Below are positions 9,552 to 19,300 of a stretch of DNA of 64,000 nt, piece by piece. Origin of the DNA: an uncultured Planctomycetales bacterium (GTDB lineage: Bacteria; Planctomycetota; UBA1135; JACQFD01); the NCBI GenBank assembly GCA_964545855.1, contig CAZJHD010000011.1, positions 41,763-105,762 of the forward strand. The letters run 5' to 3'. A model generated the notes under the pieces. That model was given only the letters and a program-made list of their open reading frames with translations. It was not told the origin of the DNA and made no database searches. Position numbers and translations under genes: made by a program. The first letter of the stretch is position 1, and each line of letters opens with the position of its first letter.

Positions 9552-10856
9552 TCACGCCGACGGCGGAGGCGAGCCCTCGGGCGTCGCTCCCGGTGCGCGG
9601 GGCCCCTTTCGGCGGCGCTCGCGGAGGATCGTGATGGCCCGTCGCCAGAGCCTCCCCGAGAGGATCTGCGCGGTGACCGTGTCCTCGCGAGGATCGAAGT
9701 TCGCGGCGATGGCTCTCGCGATCGGACGCGCCGTGCGACCGACGTAGCGCGCGTAGCCGATCTCCTTCACGGCGGCGAGCTGCGCGCGGTAGGGCCTCCA
9801 GCCCTGCTCCACCACGATGCGCGTCGCCACGTCGAGTCCCGCCGCGGCGGCCCGGCCCGCCATCCGCGCGCTCGAGACGGCTCCGATCGCGACCGCGTTC
9901 GAGACCTCGGCGATGCTGCGTCCCTCACGCTCGGAGACCTCCTCCAGCTCCGCTGCGATCTCCCGGGCTTCCTTCTGGAGGCCCGTCCGTGACTCCTCGG
10001 AACGTCCGAGGTCTTCCCGCACGCGCGCGACGGTCCGTCGAAGCTCCGGCACGGAGAGCGGAGGCTTGTCGACGTCCGCGTGCAGCCCCGAGGAGGTGCG
10101 TTCGAGGACCGCCAGGAGCTGGTCGATCCCCTCGACGTTCTCCTCGCGCGAGAGCGCGCCGCGAGCCTTCAGCTCCCGGACCACTTCGTCGAGGTACCGC
10201 CTCGATCCCTGGGCGACATCGGAGACCGCCGCCAGGATCCACAGGGGCGACACGTGGAACACGACGAGCGCCGCGGTGTCCACGACGGATCCGACGGCGA
10301 GCCGCGCGAACTCGTTGCTGGTCGCATCCGGGGATCCGCCTTGGACGCGCCCCACACCTTCCGCGAGGATCCGGAGCGACCGTTCCACGGCCGATTGCCA
10401 GAGGCGCGTCCGGCGCAGCAGGGGCGGCACGAGGACGTGCGTCAGCTCCCGCGTGGTCGCGCCCACGGTGCCGAGGACGCTGCGCAGGGATCGCTCCGGC
10501 AGGGAGAAGAGGTAGAACGCCTCGCGGGCCGCTCGCGCCGGGGCCTCGGCCGCACTCGACGCGTCCAGAACGAGGTGCCGGCACCCGTCGCATCGTTCGA
10601 TCTCCAGAGCGTCCCGGCGCCTCTTCTCGAGAGGGTCGCCACAGATAGGGCAAGTACGCGAGCTGGCCCCCCCATGCGCCAGGCGAGCGACCCAGCGCCG
10701 TCCCTCCTCCGTGAGCGACGCCTCGGAGAGGCCGATCGCCGAGCAGGCGCTGCACCGCCACTCCATCGCACCGCCGACCGGGACCGACCGGCCGAGCTCC
10801 TCCAGGTCGTTCGCACAGATCGGACACGGGTGAAGGCGCGCGACGTCGCCGCTCAC
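9552..10856 (-). CDS. hypothetical protein with two N-terminal zinc-ribbon CxxC pairs
   Basis: This is the C-terminal 434 codons of track ORF 9552..11807. I placed the start at the GTG at 10856-10854, which forms a GTGA overlap with the stop of the upstream gene. It contains CPICAN...CSAC and CPICGD...CDGC, followed by a helical domain. The upstream part of the track ORF is Arg-rich artefact. Confidence 0.55.
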   Translation of the reverse strand: MSGDVARLHPCPICANDLEELGRSVPVGGAMEWRCSACSAIGLSEASLTEEGRRWVARLAHGGASSRTCPICGDPLEKRRRDALEIERCDGCRHLVLDASSAAEAPARAAREAFYLFSLPERSLRSVLGTVGATTRELTHVLVPPLLRRTRLWQSAVERSLRILAEGVGRVQGGSPDATSNEFARLAVGSVVDTAALVVFHVSPLWILAAVSDVAQGSRRYLDEVVRELKARGALSREENVEGIDQLLAVLERTSSGLHADVDKPPLSVPELRRTVARVREDLGRSEESRTGLQKEAREIAAELEEVSEREGRSIAEVSNAVAIGAVSSARMAGRAAAAGLDVATRIVVEQGWRPYRAQLAAVKEIGYARYVGRTARPIARAIAANFDPREDTVTAQILSGRLWRRAITILRERRRKGPRAPGATPEGSPPPSA

Positions 10857-11557
10857 GACGTCAGCTCCTCGATCGCGAGCGCCGGCAGCCGCCGATAGGC
10901 GCAGTTCGCCATGGCGCAGTACCGACATCCCAGCTCGGGGCTCGCCGCCGAGAGATGCCGGCCCAGGGGAATGCCGAAGGAAACCGTCTTGCGCGGCGTC
11001 ATCACGCTCGCCTCGTTCAGCTCGATCCCGAGGGGCCGGTCTCCGAGTCGCGCGAAGAGAGCCTGCTGCTGCTCGATCGGCCACGCGTCGTAGCCCGGCG
11101 AGAGCCTGCGCCCGGAGACGAGCCCCCGCGACTCCGCCTCCTCGCAGACGCGCGCGTTCGCGTGCACCGCCGCCGCCTCCACGGCGGCCGAGCCGTAGGC
11201 GTCGAGCACGAGCGCGAGCGTCCACTCCCGAGCCTCCACCAGCCGATCCGCGTGCTCCTCCAGGGCCGCGCCCGCCGTCGCGACGCCGAGCACCAGCGCG
11301 TCGGCCTTCGCGAAGATCGCGTCTCTCCCGAAGGCGCCGGGATCCGCGACCTCCCGGAGGAGGACCTCCGTGTGGAGGAGCGCACCGGCCAAGTCTCGCG
11401 CCGCCTGCAGGACTCCCATCATGGGCCGAGCGATCCGCGTGGTTCCCGGGCGATGGCCGAGCAGCCGGAGGACCTCCTCCTCGCGGGGCAGCTCCCCGAT
11501 CTCGAATCGCTGCAGGGCTCCCGGGGGCGAGGAGCGGATCGGATCGATGGTCGCCAT
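10853..11557 (-). CDS. methionine-synthase activation-domain-like protein (Met_synt_B12-like)
   Basis: 234 aa with normal composition. The stretch ...GRRLSPGYDAWPIEQQQALFARLG...GIELNEASVMTPRKTVSF resembles stand-alone B12-dependent methionine synthase activation-domain proteins. A C-terminal Cys cluster is present (CRYCAMANCAYR). The family call is from memory only. Confidence 0.45.
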   Translation of the reverse strand: MATIDPIRSSPPGALQRFEIGELPREEEVLRLLGHRPGTTRIARPMMGVLQAARDLAGALLHTEVLLREVADPGAFGRDAIFAKADALVLGVATAGAALEEHADRLVEAREWTLALVLDAYGSAAVEAAAVHANARVCEEAESRGLVSGRRLSPGYDAWPIEQQQALFARLGDRPLGIELNEASVMTPRKTVSFGIPLGRHLSAASPELGCRYCAMANCAYRRLPALAIEELTS

Positions 11558-11664
11558 GGCCTTCGACGCGCAGGCTACTCCTCGGGCTCCTCGATCGCGC
11601 TGCGAGACGGCGCCGAGCCGTACGGTCGTGGACCGGGGCGGGGCGGGGCGTCACGCTTCCGACG

Positions 11665-12270
11665 ATGGCTCGAACTTCTCCCGATCCCGCGCTCGTCGCG
11701 GCCTTCGTCGCCGCCGTCGTCGGGGACGCGCCCGCGACGGCGCGCGCCCTGCGCCGAGGCTTCCGCTCGGGGCTCCCTCTCGCGCGCGCCACGGAGGCGA
11801 TGCGCATGGTCCACCTCTTCGCGGGGTTCCCCCGAGCCCTCTCGGCGCTGGAGGCCCTCCGCGCCGCCCGCAGCCGGCGGTCGTCCGCGTCTTCCGTCGA
11901 TCGTGCGAGGCCCGAGGCGGGACGGCGCGCCTTCGAGCGGATCTACGGGCTGCAGGCGGACCCGGTTCGGCGGCTGCTGCGCGATCTCGACCCCTGCGTG
12001 GCCCGGTGGATCCGCGACCACGCCTACGGTCGAGTGCTCTCTCGGCCCGGCCTACCGCTGCGAGACCGGGAGTGCCTGGCCGTCGCCGCCCTCGTCGCGA
12101 CGCACCAGGAGAAGCAGCTCGTCTCCCATGTCCGAGGCGCGGAGCGGAGCGGCGCATCCGTCCGCGCGATCCTCGCGTGCGCACGGGCGGGCGCGCGGCG
12201 TCTGCCTCGGGCCTCGCGGGCTCGTCTCCTCGCGACCGTTGAGCGCTCTCTTTCGTCGAGCTCCGCCTGA
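11665..12270 (+). CDS. carboxymuconolactone decarboxylase (AhpD-like) family protein
   Basis: 201 aa. The stretch ...WIRDHAYGRVLSRPGLPLRDRECLAVAALVATHQEKQLVSHVRGAERSGAS... resembles the CMD-family helical repeat. Confidence 0.55.
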   Translation: MARTSPDPALVAAFVAAVVGDAPATARALRRGFRSGLPLARATEAMRMVHLFAGFPRALSALEALRAARSRRSSASSVDRARPEAGRRAFERIYGLQADPVRRLLRDLDPCVARWIRDHAYGRVLSRPGLPLRDRECLAVAALVATHQEKQLVSHVRGAERSGASVRAILACARAGARRLPRASRARLLATVERSLSSSSA

Positions 12271-12371
12271 AGCCTCGGGCGGACGGCGCAAAGCGAAAAC
12301 CTTTCCGGTCGATTGGGCCGCACACGAGGCCCCCGTAGGTTCTGGGCGTGTACGCACGGGGAGCTGCGGAA

Positions 12372-13280
12372 ATGGAGATGGAACACCGAATCGGCCACGA
12401 CTTCTGTCGACGGGGCGGCGCGGGCCGAGCGCGAGCTCGCAGCCGGCCGCGAGCCGGCTTCTCGATCGTCGAGCTCCTGGTCTCGATCGCCGTGCTCTCC
12501 CTCGGCGTCGTCGCCGCCTACGCGGCCCAGCTGAGCGCGACGTCGCTCGGCGCGTCTGCCCGCGAGCAGGACGTCGCGACCTACGCCGCCAACTCCGCCA
12601 TCGAGATGGTGACCGCTCGACCCTTCGCCGAGATGATCGATCCCGATCCGGTGCAGGGGACGATCGACACGGACGACCTGGCGGCCTTCCAGCCGCCCTA
12701 CGATCCGCGTGGCTTCGCCGTGTACGGCGACGCGCCCCAGACCTATCCGGACGCGCCGACGAAGGACTACGTCACGCCCGATCCGGGCCTCTACGGCAAG
12801 GTCCTCGATTTCGGCGCCCGCATCTGGGAGCCGGTGCAGACCGACACGCTGAAGCTCGATCCCGCGACGGGAGTCGCCTACAAGCTCTACGCGATGGGGA
12901 GCCTGCAGCGCCCGAAGGTCCTCGTCTGGTTCGAGCCGCGGCCCACGAAGCTGAACGGCGGCACCGGCGCGAACGAGAGCAGCGTGCAGAAGGCGAACGC
13001 CCTCGGATACTCGAAGCTCATGCCGAAGCTCTCCGATCCGGGCGACGAGAACTCGGCGATGCCGACTTCGGTCGTGACGGCGATCGGCTGGTTCCCGGTT
13101 CGGTCGGATCACTCCGATCCAGAGCTCGTCGACTTCAACCCGCTCCTGCTGTTCCTGCCGCCCGCAGACGATGGCGGCACCTTCACGGCAGCCGAGATCG
13201 CAACGCTCCGCCAGCGCCGCGACGACCTGAAGGAGCGGGGTCTCCGCATGATCGTGTCGCGCACCATGGTGAAGCAGTGA
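12372..13280 (+). CDS. prepilin-type N-terminal cleavage/methylation domain protein (pseudopilin 1)
   Basis: The class III signal is RAGFSIVELLVSIAVLSLGVVAAY (G-F-S-x-x-E followed by a hydrophobic helix). I chose the ATG at 12372 because GGGGAG lies ~9 nt upstream. The track start at 12348 (GTG) is an alternative. Confidence 0.75.
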   Translation: MEMEHRIGHDFCRRGGAGRARARSRPRAGFSIVELLVSIAVLSLGVVAAYAAQLSATSLGASAREQDVATYAANSAIEMVTARPFAEMIDPDPVQGTIDTDDLAAFQPPYDPRGFAVYGDAPQTYPDAPTKDYVTPDPGLYGKVLDFGARIWEPVQTDTLKLDPATGVAYKLYAMGSLQRPKVLVWFEPRPTKLNGGTGANESSVQKANALGYSKLMPKLSDPGDENSAMPTSVVTAIGWFPVRSDHSDPELVDFNPLLLFLPPADDGGTFTAAEIATLRQRRDDLKERGLRMIVSRTMVKQ

Positions 13281-14128
13281 AGCTCGCTCTCCGCTCCGCG
13301 CGACGGCTCGCTGGCACGGCCGCCGGCTTCTCGGTCGTCGAGGCCATGATCGTGGCGACCGTCTTCGTCCTGATCGCCATGTCGATCTACGGGACGCTCA
13401 CGAGCCTCACGAAGCTGCAGGGGTCGACGGACTCCAACGTGAAGCTCCAGATCGAAGGGCAGAAGGCCCTGAACGCGATCATCCGCGAGCTGCGCACCGC
13501 GGGCTTCTACCGGCCCAACCCGGATCAGACCCTGTCCCCCTACGGGACGGGCCTCTGGTCGACCGCACCGTGGGACGATCCGCACACGAGCTGGGACGTG
13601 CCGTACCTCTTCGCCGACGAAGGCGCTCCGGCCGGAGTCTTCGGTCCCCTCGCCCACGAGCCAGCGCAGCACTCGGCGCTCCCGACGGACGAGGAGTTCC
13701 AGGCCACGCGCGAGATGTGCTTCGTCCCGCTGCAGCCCATCGTGAATCCGGCGGGCGCGGCCCCCGTGATCGCGTCCGTGAACTGGAGCGTGTCGGGTCT
13801 GGGCGCGCAGTCGGCCGTCGTCATGCCGATCCAATGGCAGCTCGTCTCCTACGAGCTGCACACGGCACCCAACGCCGACTACAACGAGCTCCGGCGCGTC
13901 ACGCGCAGCGTGACGCAGGCCGGCGGGGCGAATGTGATCGGACCGATCGTCTCGAGCACCGTGCTCGCGAACTTCGTCGAGGCCGCTCGCTTCGACACCG
14001 CTCAGACCGATGCATCGCTGACGCTCAACACGGTCAAGATCACGATCTGGCTCCGCAAGAACGCACCATCGGGCTTGGTGATGAAGGCGAAGGTGACTTC
14101 GCGAGTGAAGCTCAGGAACAGCATCTGA
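13277..14128 (+). CDS. prepilin-type N-terminal cleavage/methylation domain protein (pseudopilin 2)
   Basis: These are the last 283 codons of track ORF 10955..14128. The GTG at 13277 forms a GTGA overlap with the pseudopilin 1 stop. The signal is TAAGFSVVEAMIVATVFVLIAMSIY. The rest of the track ORF is Arg-rich artefact. Confidence 0.75.
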   Translation: MKLALRSARRLAGTAAGFSVVEAMIVATVFVLIAMSIYGTLTSLTKLQGSTDSNVKLQIEGQKALNAIIRELRTAGFYRPNPDQTLSPYGTGLWSTAPWDDPHTSWDVPYLFADEGAPAGVFGPLAHEPAQHSALPTDEEFQATREMCFVPLQPIVNPAGAAPVIASVNWSVSGLGAQSAVVMPIQWQLVSYELHTAPNADYNELRRVTRSVTQAGGANVIGPIVSSTVLANFVEAARFDTAQTDASLTLNTVKITIWLRKNAPSGLVMKAKVTSRVKLRNSI

Positions 14129-14197
14129 ATGTCGTCGATTCGATCGGCGCGGGGAAACGCCGCTCGAGCGACCCAACGGGGACCGCAGGGAGAGATC

Positions 14198-16225
14198 ATG
14201 CAAGCGAACGTTCGTTCTCGACACGCGAAGGGCACTCGAACCGATCGGGGATCGGTCCTCGTGCTCTCGCTCGTCATCCTCATCGTCGTGGCCGGCTTCA
14301 CGGCCGCCCTCCTGACGGTCGCCGTCTCGAGCCAAACGACGGCGACCATCAACGCGAAACGGCTCACCGCCCAGGGCCTCGCCGAGGGCGCCGTGGAAGT
14401 CGGCAAGCAGTGGGTCCAGACGAGCTGGGCCAACCAAGCGACGGCGGCCATCCAGGCGAAGGCCGTGACGGATCCTTCGCAGCTGTCCAATGCCGCGGCC
14501 TGGACCAACGTCAGCGTCGGGGGCGAGACCGCGCGCTACGCGCTGCTCTCGATCCCTCCGAACATGAATCCCGCGCCCCTCGCTGCCTCGCCGGTGCAGG
14601 TGACGCCCGACGGCCAGGGCTGGTGGGTCGACGGCACGGACGGCGTGCGCACCTTCCACTACCTCTACTCGGTCTACGGCCGCGCCGAGTACACACCCAA
14701 GCTGAGCGCGGGCGACTCGAAGTCGGTCGTCGCCGCCATGTCGAAGGTCGTCGAGGCCCAGGTGACGCCGCTGTTCCAATACGCGGTGTTCTACAACTCC
14801 GATCTCGAGATCCTGCCCGGGCCGAACATGACGCTCACGGGCAGGGTTCACTCGAACCGGGACATGTATCTCGGGACCGGTGCGACGCTCACCTTCGACA
14901 CGGACTACGTCCGCGCCGTGGGCAAGATCTACCGCAAGAGGAAGAACGACGGCACTCCCTCGACGGGCGTGGTGCTGGTGAAGAACCTCGCCAACATGAA
15001 CGACGGGAATCCCGCGAACGACTTCATGTTCCGCCTTCCGAACGGAGCCGTCGTTTCCTCGAAGATGTTCTCCAAGACCGAGATGGCCTCCCTGGGAGTC
15101 AACACTCCCTCGGGATTCGACTCGACCTTCGGCGGCTTCGATACCAACGCGAACGGCACGCTCACCGACACGGGCGACTGGAAGCCCTGGGGCACCCAGT
15201 CGATGAGCTTCTGGGGCGGCACGGTGCAGTCGAGCGACATGGACGTGCCGAAGGCGGAACCGCCGCAGCAGAACCTCTCGATCGACGCCTACGCGCTCAC
15301 GCTGGGCGGCGACTTCGTCTCCGACGGCCTCGGCGGGTACGTCCCGGTCGCAGCGGGCTCCGGGACCCACAAGAAGGGATTCTTCCACCAGAGCGCGGGT
15401 CTCGCGATCGTCAACGGTGTCCCCAAGACTCCCGACGGAACGAACGTCGCCGCATGCCTGCTGGCCGGGACGCTCAGCACCGCGTACGTCTACGACGCGC
15501 GCGAAGGCATGTCCGTCCCCCAGACGAAGATCGACGTCGAGAAGCTGAAGCTCAGCATGGAGCAGACGGGCCTCGGCGGCGCGGCACTCGCGGCGCAGAA
15601 CGCCCTCAAGGGATCGTGGAACGGCCTCGTCTACGCGACGCAGTCGAACGCCACACCGTCGGCCGTGAAGGGAATCCACCTCGTGAACGGCTCCGAGCTC
15701 CCGAACAGCCCAACGGGCGAGAAGATCGGCCTCACGGTGGCGACCGATCTCCCGATCTACATCCAGGGCGACTACAACACGAAGGTGAACGGCGTCGCGT
15801 CGCCCACGAACGACCCGGCCTATCGCAAGCCGGCGGCCGTCATCGCGGACGCCGTGAACCTGCTCTCCAACAACTGGACGGGATCGAAGTCGGCGGGAAG
15901 CTCGCTCCCGACGGCAGGCAACACGACGTTCAATACCGCGATGATCGCCGGCAACAGCGATTCGATCCCGGGCTCGCTCTACAACGGCGGACTCGAGAAC
16001 CTTCCGCGCTTCCACGAGAACTGGTCCGGCAAGAATGCCGTGATCGCGGGATCCTTCGTGAATCTGTGGAAGTCGAAGATCGCCAAGAAGCCCTGGGTCT
16101 ACGGCTCGCCCATCTACACGGCGCCGAACCGCATCTGGGACTTCGACTCCAACTACAAGAGCTACGCGAAGCTCCCGCCCTTCACGCCGCTCGCCGTCGA
16201 CGTGACCGACGTGGTGACGCAGTAG
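14198..16225 (+). CDS. large PilX-N-like pilus/pseudopilus-associated protein
   Basis: The N-terminus RGSVLVLSLVILIVVAGFTAALLTVAVSS resembles the PilX N-terminal domain. A ~640-aa Thr/Asn/Gly-rich extracellular region follows. I chose the ATG at 14198 (GGGAGAG 4 nt upstream). The track start at 14129 is an alternative. Confidence 0.65.
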   Translation: MQANVRSRHAKGTRTDRGSVLVLSLVILIVVAGFTAALLTVAVSSQTTATINAKRLTAQGLAEGAVEVGKQWVQTSWANQATAAIQAKAVTDPSQLSNAAAWTNVSVGGETARYALLSIPPNMNPAPLAASPVQVTPDGQGWWVDGTDGVRTFHYLYSVYGRAEYTPKLSAGDSKSVVAAMSKVVEAQVTPLFQYAVFYNSDLEILPGPNMTLTGRVHSNRDMYLGTGATLTFDTDYVRAVGKIYRKRKNDGTPSTGVVLVKNLANMNDGNPANDFMFRLPNGAVVSSKMFSKTEMASLGVNTPSGFDSTFGGFDTNANGTLTDTGDWKPWGTQSMSFWGGTVQSSDMDVPKAEPPQQNLSIDAYALTLGGDFVSDGLGGYVPVAAGSGTHKKGFFHQSAGLAIVNGVPKTPDGTNVAACLLAGTLSTAYVYDAREGMSVPQTKIDVEKLKLSMEQTGLGGAALAAQNALKGSWNGLVYATQSNATPSAVKGIHLVNGSELPNSPTGEKIGLTVATDLPIYIQGDYNTKVNGVASPTNDPAYRKPAAVIADAVNLLSNNWTGSKSAGSSLPTAGNTTFNTAMIAGNSDSIPGSLYNGGLENLPRFHENWSGKNAVIAGSFVNLWKSKIAKKPWVYGSPIYTAPNRIWDFDSNYKSYAKLPPFTPLAVDVTDVVTQ

Positions 16226-16263
16226 CACCCATCCCGCCGGGTTCCCCACCCGGCACCTTCTCG

Positions 16264-16297
16264 ACGGGCCGCGCGCCGGAAATGGTGCGCGGCCCGT
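16264..16297. terminator. candidate bidirectional terminator hairpin between convergent genes
   Basis: ACGGGCCGCGC (16264-16274) pairs perfectly with GCGCGGCCCGT (16287-16297) around a 12-nt loop. It lies in the 92-nt gap between the stops at 16225 (+) and 16318 (-). There is no U-tract. Confidence 0.45.
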
Positions 16298-16317
16298 TCC
16301 CGTTCCGCCCCCGATCG

Positions 16318-19300
16318 TCAGCGTGGAAGGGCGACCCCTTCGACGGAGAGCGAGCGCAGGAGGATCGCCCCGGTGCAGCGGAGTTCGCACGCATCGCCCG
16401 CGACCGCCGCGTCGAGGCTCGCCACGGCCGCCCCGTCCACCCTCAGGACCGCGCTGCGTCCGTCTTCGGACACGTCGAGCGACAGATCGTGCGTTCCACC
16501 GCGCAGGAACCCCGAGGACCGACGGAAGCCCGGCTCCCAGTGGCGCGGCCAGGGCGCCAGGTCGAGCACCTCGGCGCCGCCGGAGATCAGCTGCGCCGAC
16601 CAGGGGCCTCCGCCGGACGCACGGTGGATCGCGCCGGTGCGTCCGAAGGCCGTGAGACCGTGCACGAGCAGGGACACCGGGTCCGACTCGTAGGGAAGGC
16701 TCGACCGAGCCGTGAAGCGCACGGGACCGCGACCCATCGCCGGCAGCGGGAATCGGAGTGCGGGGGCGCGCCCGAGCCTCGACGCATCCTCCAGCGCCGC
16801 TCCCTCGCACTGGATCCCCGCCGCGGTGCGCCGCCAGCCCTTCGGCACCTCGAGTCCGCTCGGCCCCGGCCCCGCCGCCAGGTCGTAGTCGAGCCGGAGC
16901 CGCCCATCGGGAAGCTCCGACGCGCGCGCGCCGGGGAAGGCGCCCGCGAGCGCTCTCCTCCTCTGGTGCGCGCGCCAGAGGACCTCGAACTCCTCGATCT
17001 CGCGATCGAGATCCGCCACGCGCGGATCTCCGACGTCGAAGCCCACGGCCTCCGTGCGCACCCGCTCGTACTCCGCGCGCGCCTGCTCCATCTCGCCGAT
17101 GCGCGTCAGCTCGCGCGCACGATCGAGCGTCGCGCGGTAGAGGCGCTCCCGCTCCGAGCCAGAGCCTTGGGAGAGCAGCCGGAGGGCGCTCACGTCGGAC
17201 AGCGCGAACGCCGCGAGCTCGGCCTCGGACGCGGAGGCTTCCGGGTCGAGGCGCGCCGCGGCGAACCGGGCCTGCGCGCGATCGAGTTGCCCCTCGGCCA
17301 TCCAGAGGAGGCCGAGCTCGAGCCGCGCGCGGGGCCCCGACTCGGCCGCGACGAGAGTCTCGATCTCCCCGAGCGCGAGCGCCGAGAAGCGGACCTCCGG
17401 GATCGCACCGTCCGCGAGCGTGCCGAGCCAGTCGTCCGCGAGGGACTCCGTCGAGACGAGACGGCCCGACGCGATCGCCCCCGATCGGAGCGAGAGGTTC
17501 ACGCGCGTTCCCACGCGCCGCGCGAGCTCGCGGCCCGCGCGAGCCCGCAGCCCGGCCAGGGCGTCGGCGTACCCGATGCGTCGATCGAGCCTCGCGCGCA
17601 CGGCCGCCAGCTCCGGACGCTCGCGCTCGCTGCGCCAGACTTGCGAGGCGGTGACGTACTGCCGCTCCCGCATGCGCGCCCAAGTGCGCGCCTCGAGCAC
17701 CTCGAACTCGCGCAGCGTGCGCTGCTCCTCGGCCTTGCGGTCGAGGGACGCGAGGGAGTCGTGCAGGTCCTTCGCGAGACCTCCCGGATCGGGAACGACT
17801 TCGAGGGGCCACTGCTGGCGCACGTAGCCCATCTCGCGGAAGACCGTCTCGGCCTCGTCGGCGAACTCGCTCGCCGTCGCCGAGCGCGTTCCCTCGGTGA
17901 CGCCTCGACGCAGGAGCTCGAACTCCGCCTGGAGCCGCGCCGTGATCCGCCGCCCCCGCTCCGCCGCCTCCTGGAGGACGCGCGATCGGATCGACGCCAG
18001 CTCGCCCCGGATCCGCTCGGCGACGGAGTCGCGGGAGATGTCCGGCAGCCTGCGCGGAGCGTCGCCCTGCGGAGTCATGAGCCGGCTCGGCGCGTCGGCG
18101 AGGCGCACGAGCGCGTCGGCGAATCGTCCCTCCTCCACGTGCTGCTGCACGCGCGAAGACTCCTCCTCGAGGAATGCCGGGAGCATCGCGAGGATCGCGG
18201 CCTCGGCGGCGGCGACCTCCTGGCGCAGGTCGCGGCGCTTCGTGTCGAGATAGCGCTCGAAGCGGATCGCGAAGGGGCCCGGCAGGAGCTCGGCTCGACG
18301 GTCGAAGGCCTCGCGCACGCGGCGCGGAAACTCGGTCTCGAGCTGGGTCCATGCTTCGTCGAGCCGGCGCTCCGCGATCCCGGCCGCGAGATCCCGGTCG
18401 ATCTCGCGCTCGAGACCGTCGAAGGCCGCGGAGATCGCCTCTCCGATCGTCGTCTGCAGCGCCGTCGCCCGCAGGCGCCCCGCGTCTTCGAAGGCGCCCG
18501 ACGCCAGCAGGGCGTCGACCCGCGCCCATCGGTCCGCGAGCGCGGCCGGCGAGCCGTCCGCGTCCGTCTCGAGGCGCCCGAGCTCCTCGGCGGCGGCCCG
18601 CGCCGCCGGACTCGGTGCATTCGACCCGAAGAGGCCGAGGCCCGCGCCGGCGAGCAGGACGAGGGTGGCGACCACGACGAGCCCCGCGCCCGACGCGAGC
18701 CCGACGCGAAGCCGAAGGCGAGCGCGCGGATTCACGTCGAAGACGCTGACGGAGGGCCGTTCGTGGCGACGCACGCGCTCCAGGTCGCGAATGACTTCGT
18801 CGGGCGTCTGGTAGCGGCGGGCGGGATCCTTCGCCAGCAACCGCAGCAGGCAGAGCTCGAGGTTTCGGCTGAGGGGCACGTCGGCCGGCACCTGCGCGAC
18901 GGACGACGCGTCGAGCACCTGCGAGAGCACGCCGCCCACGGTCTCGGCGTCGAAGGGAGGCCGCCCCGTCGCGACGTGGAAGAGCGTGGCGCCGAGCGAG
19001 TAGAGGTCGCTCCGCGTGTCCGCCGTGACGGGATCGCGCGCCTGCTCGGGGCTCACGTAGTGCGGCGTGCCGAGGGTGGTGCCCTCCTTCGTGACGCTGG
19101 AGTCGTCCGGACGCCGCGCGAGCCCGAGGTCCGCGAGCTTCAGCGTGCCGTCCTTCGCGAGGAGGAGGTTGCCGGGCTTGATGTCCCGGTGGACGACGCC
19201 GAGCCGGTAGGCGTGGTCGAGCGCGCGAGCCACTTGGAGCCCGAACTCCAGGACCTCGTCCTCCTCGAGGCGACCGCGCTCCCGCAGGACGGTCTTCAGG

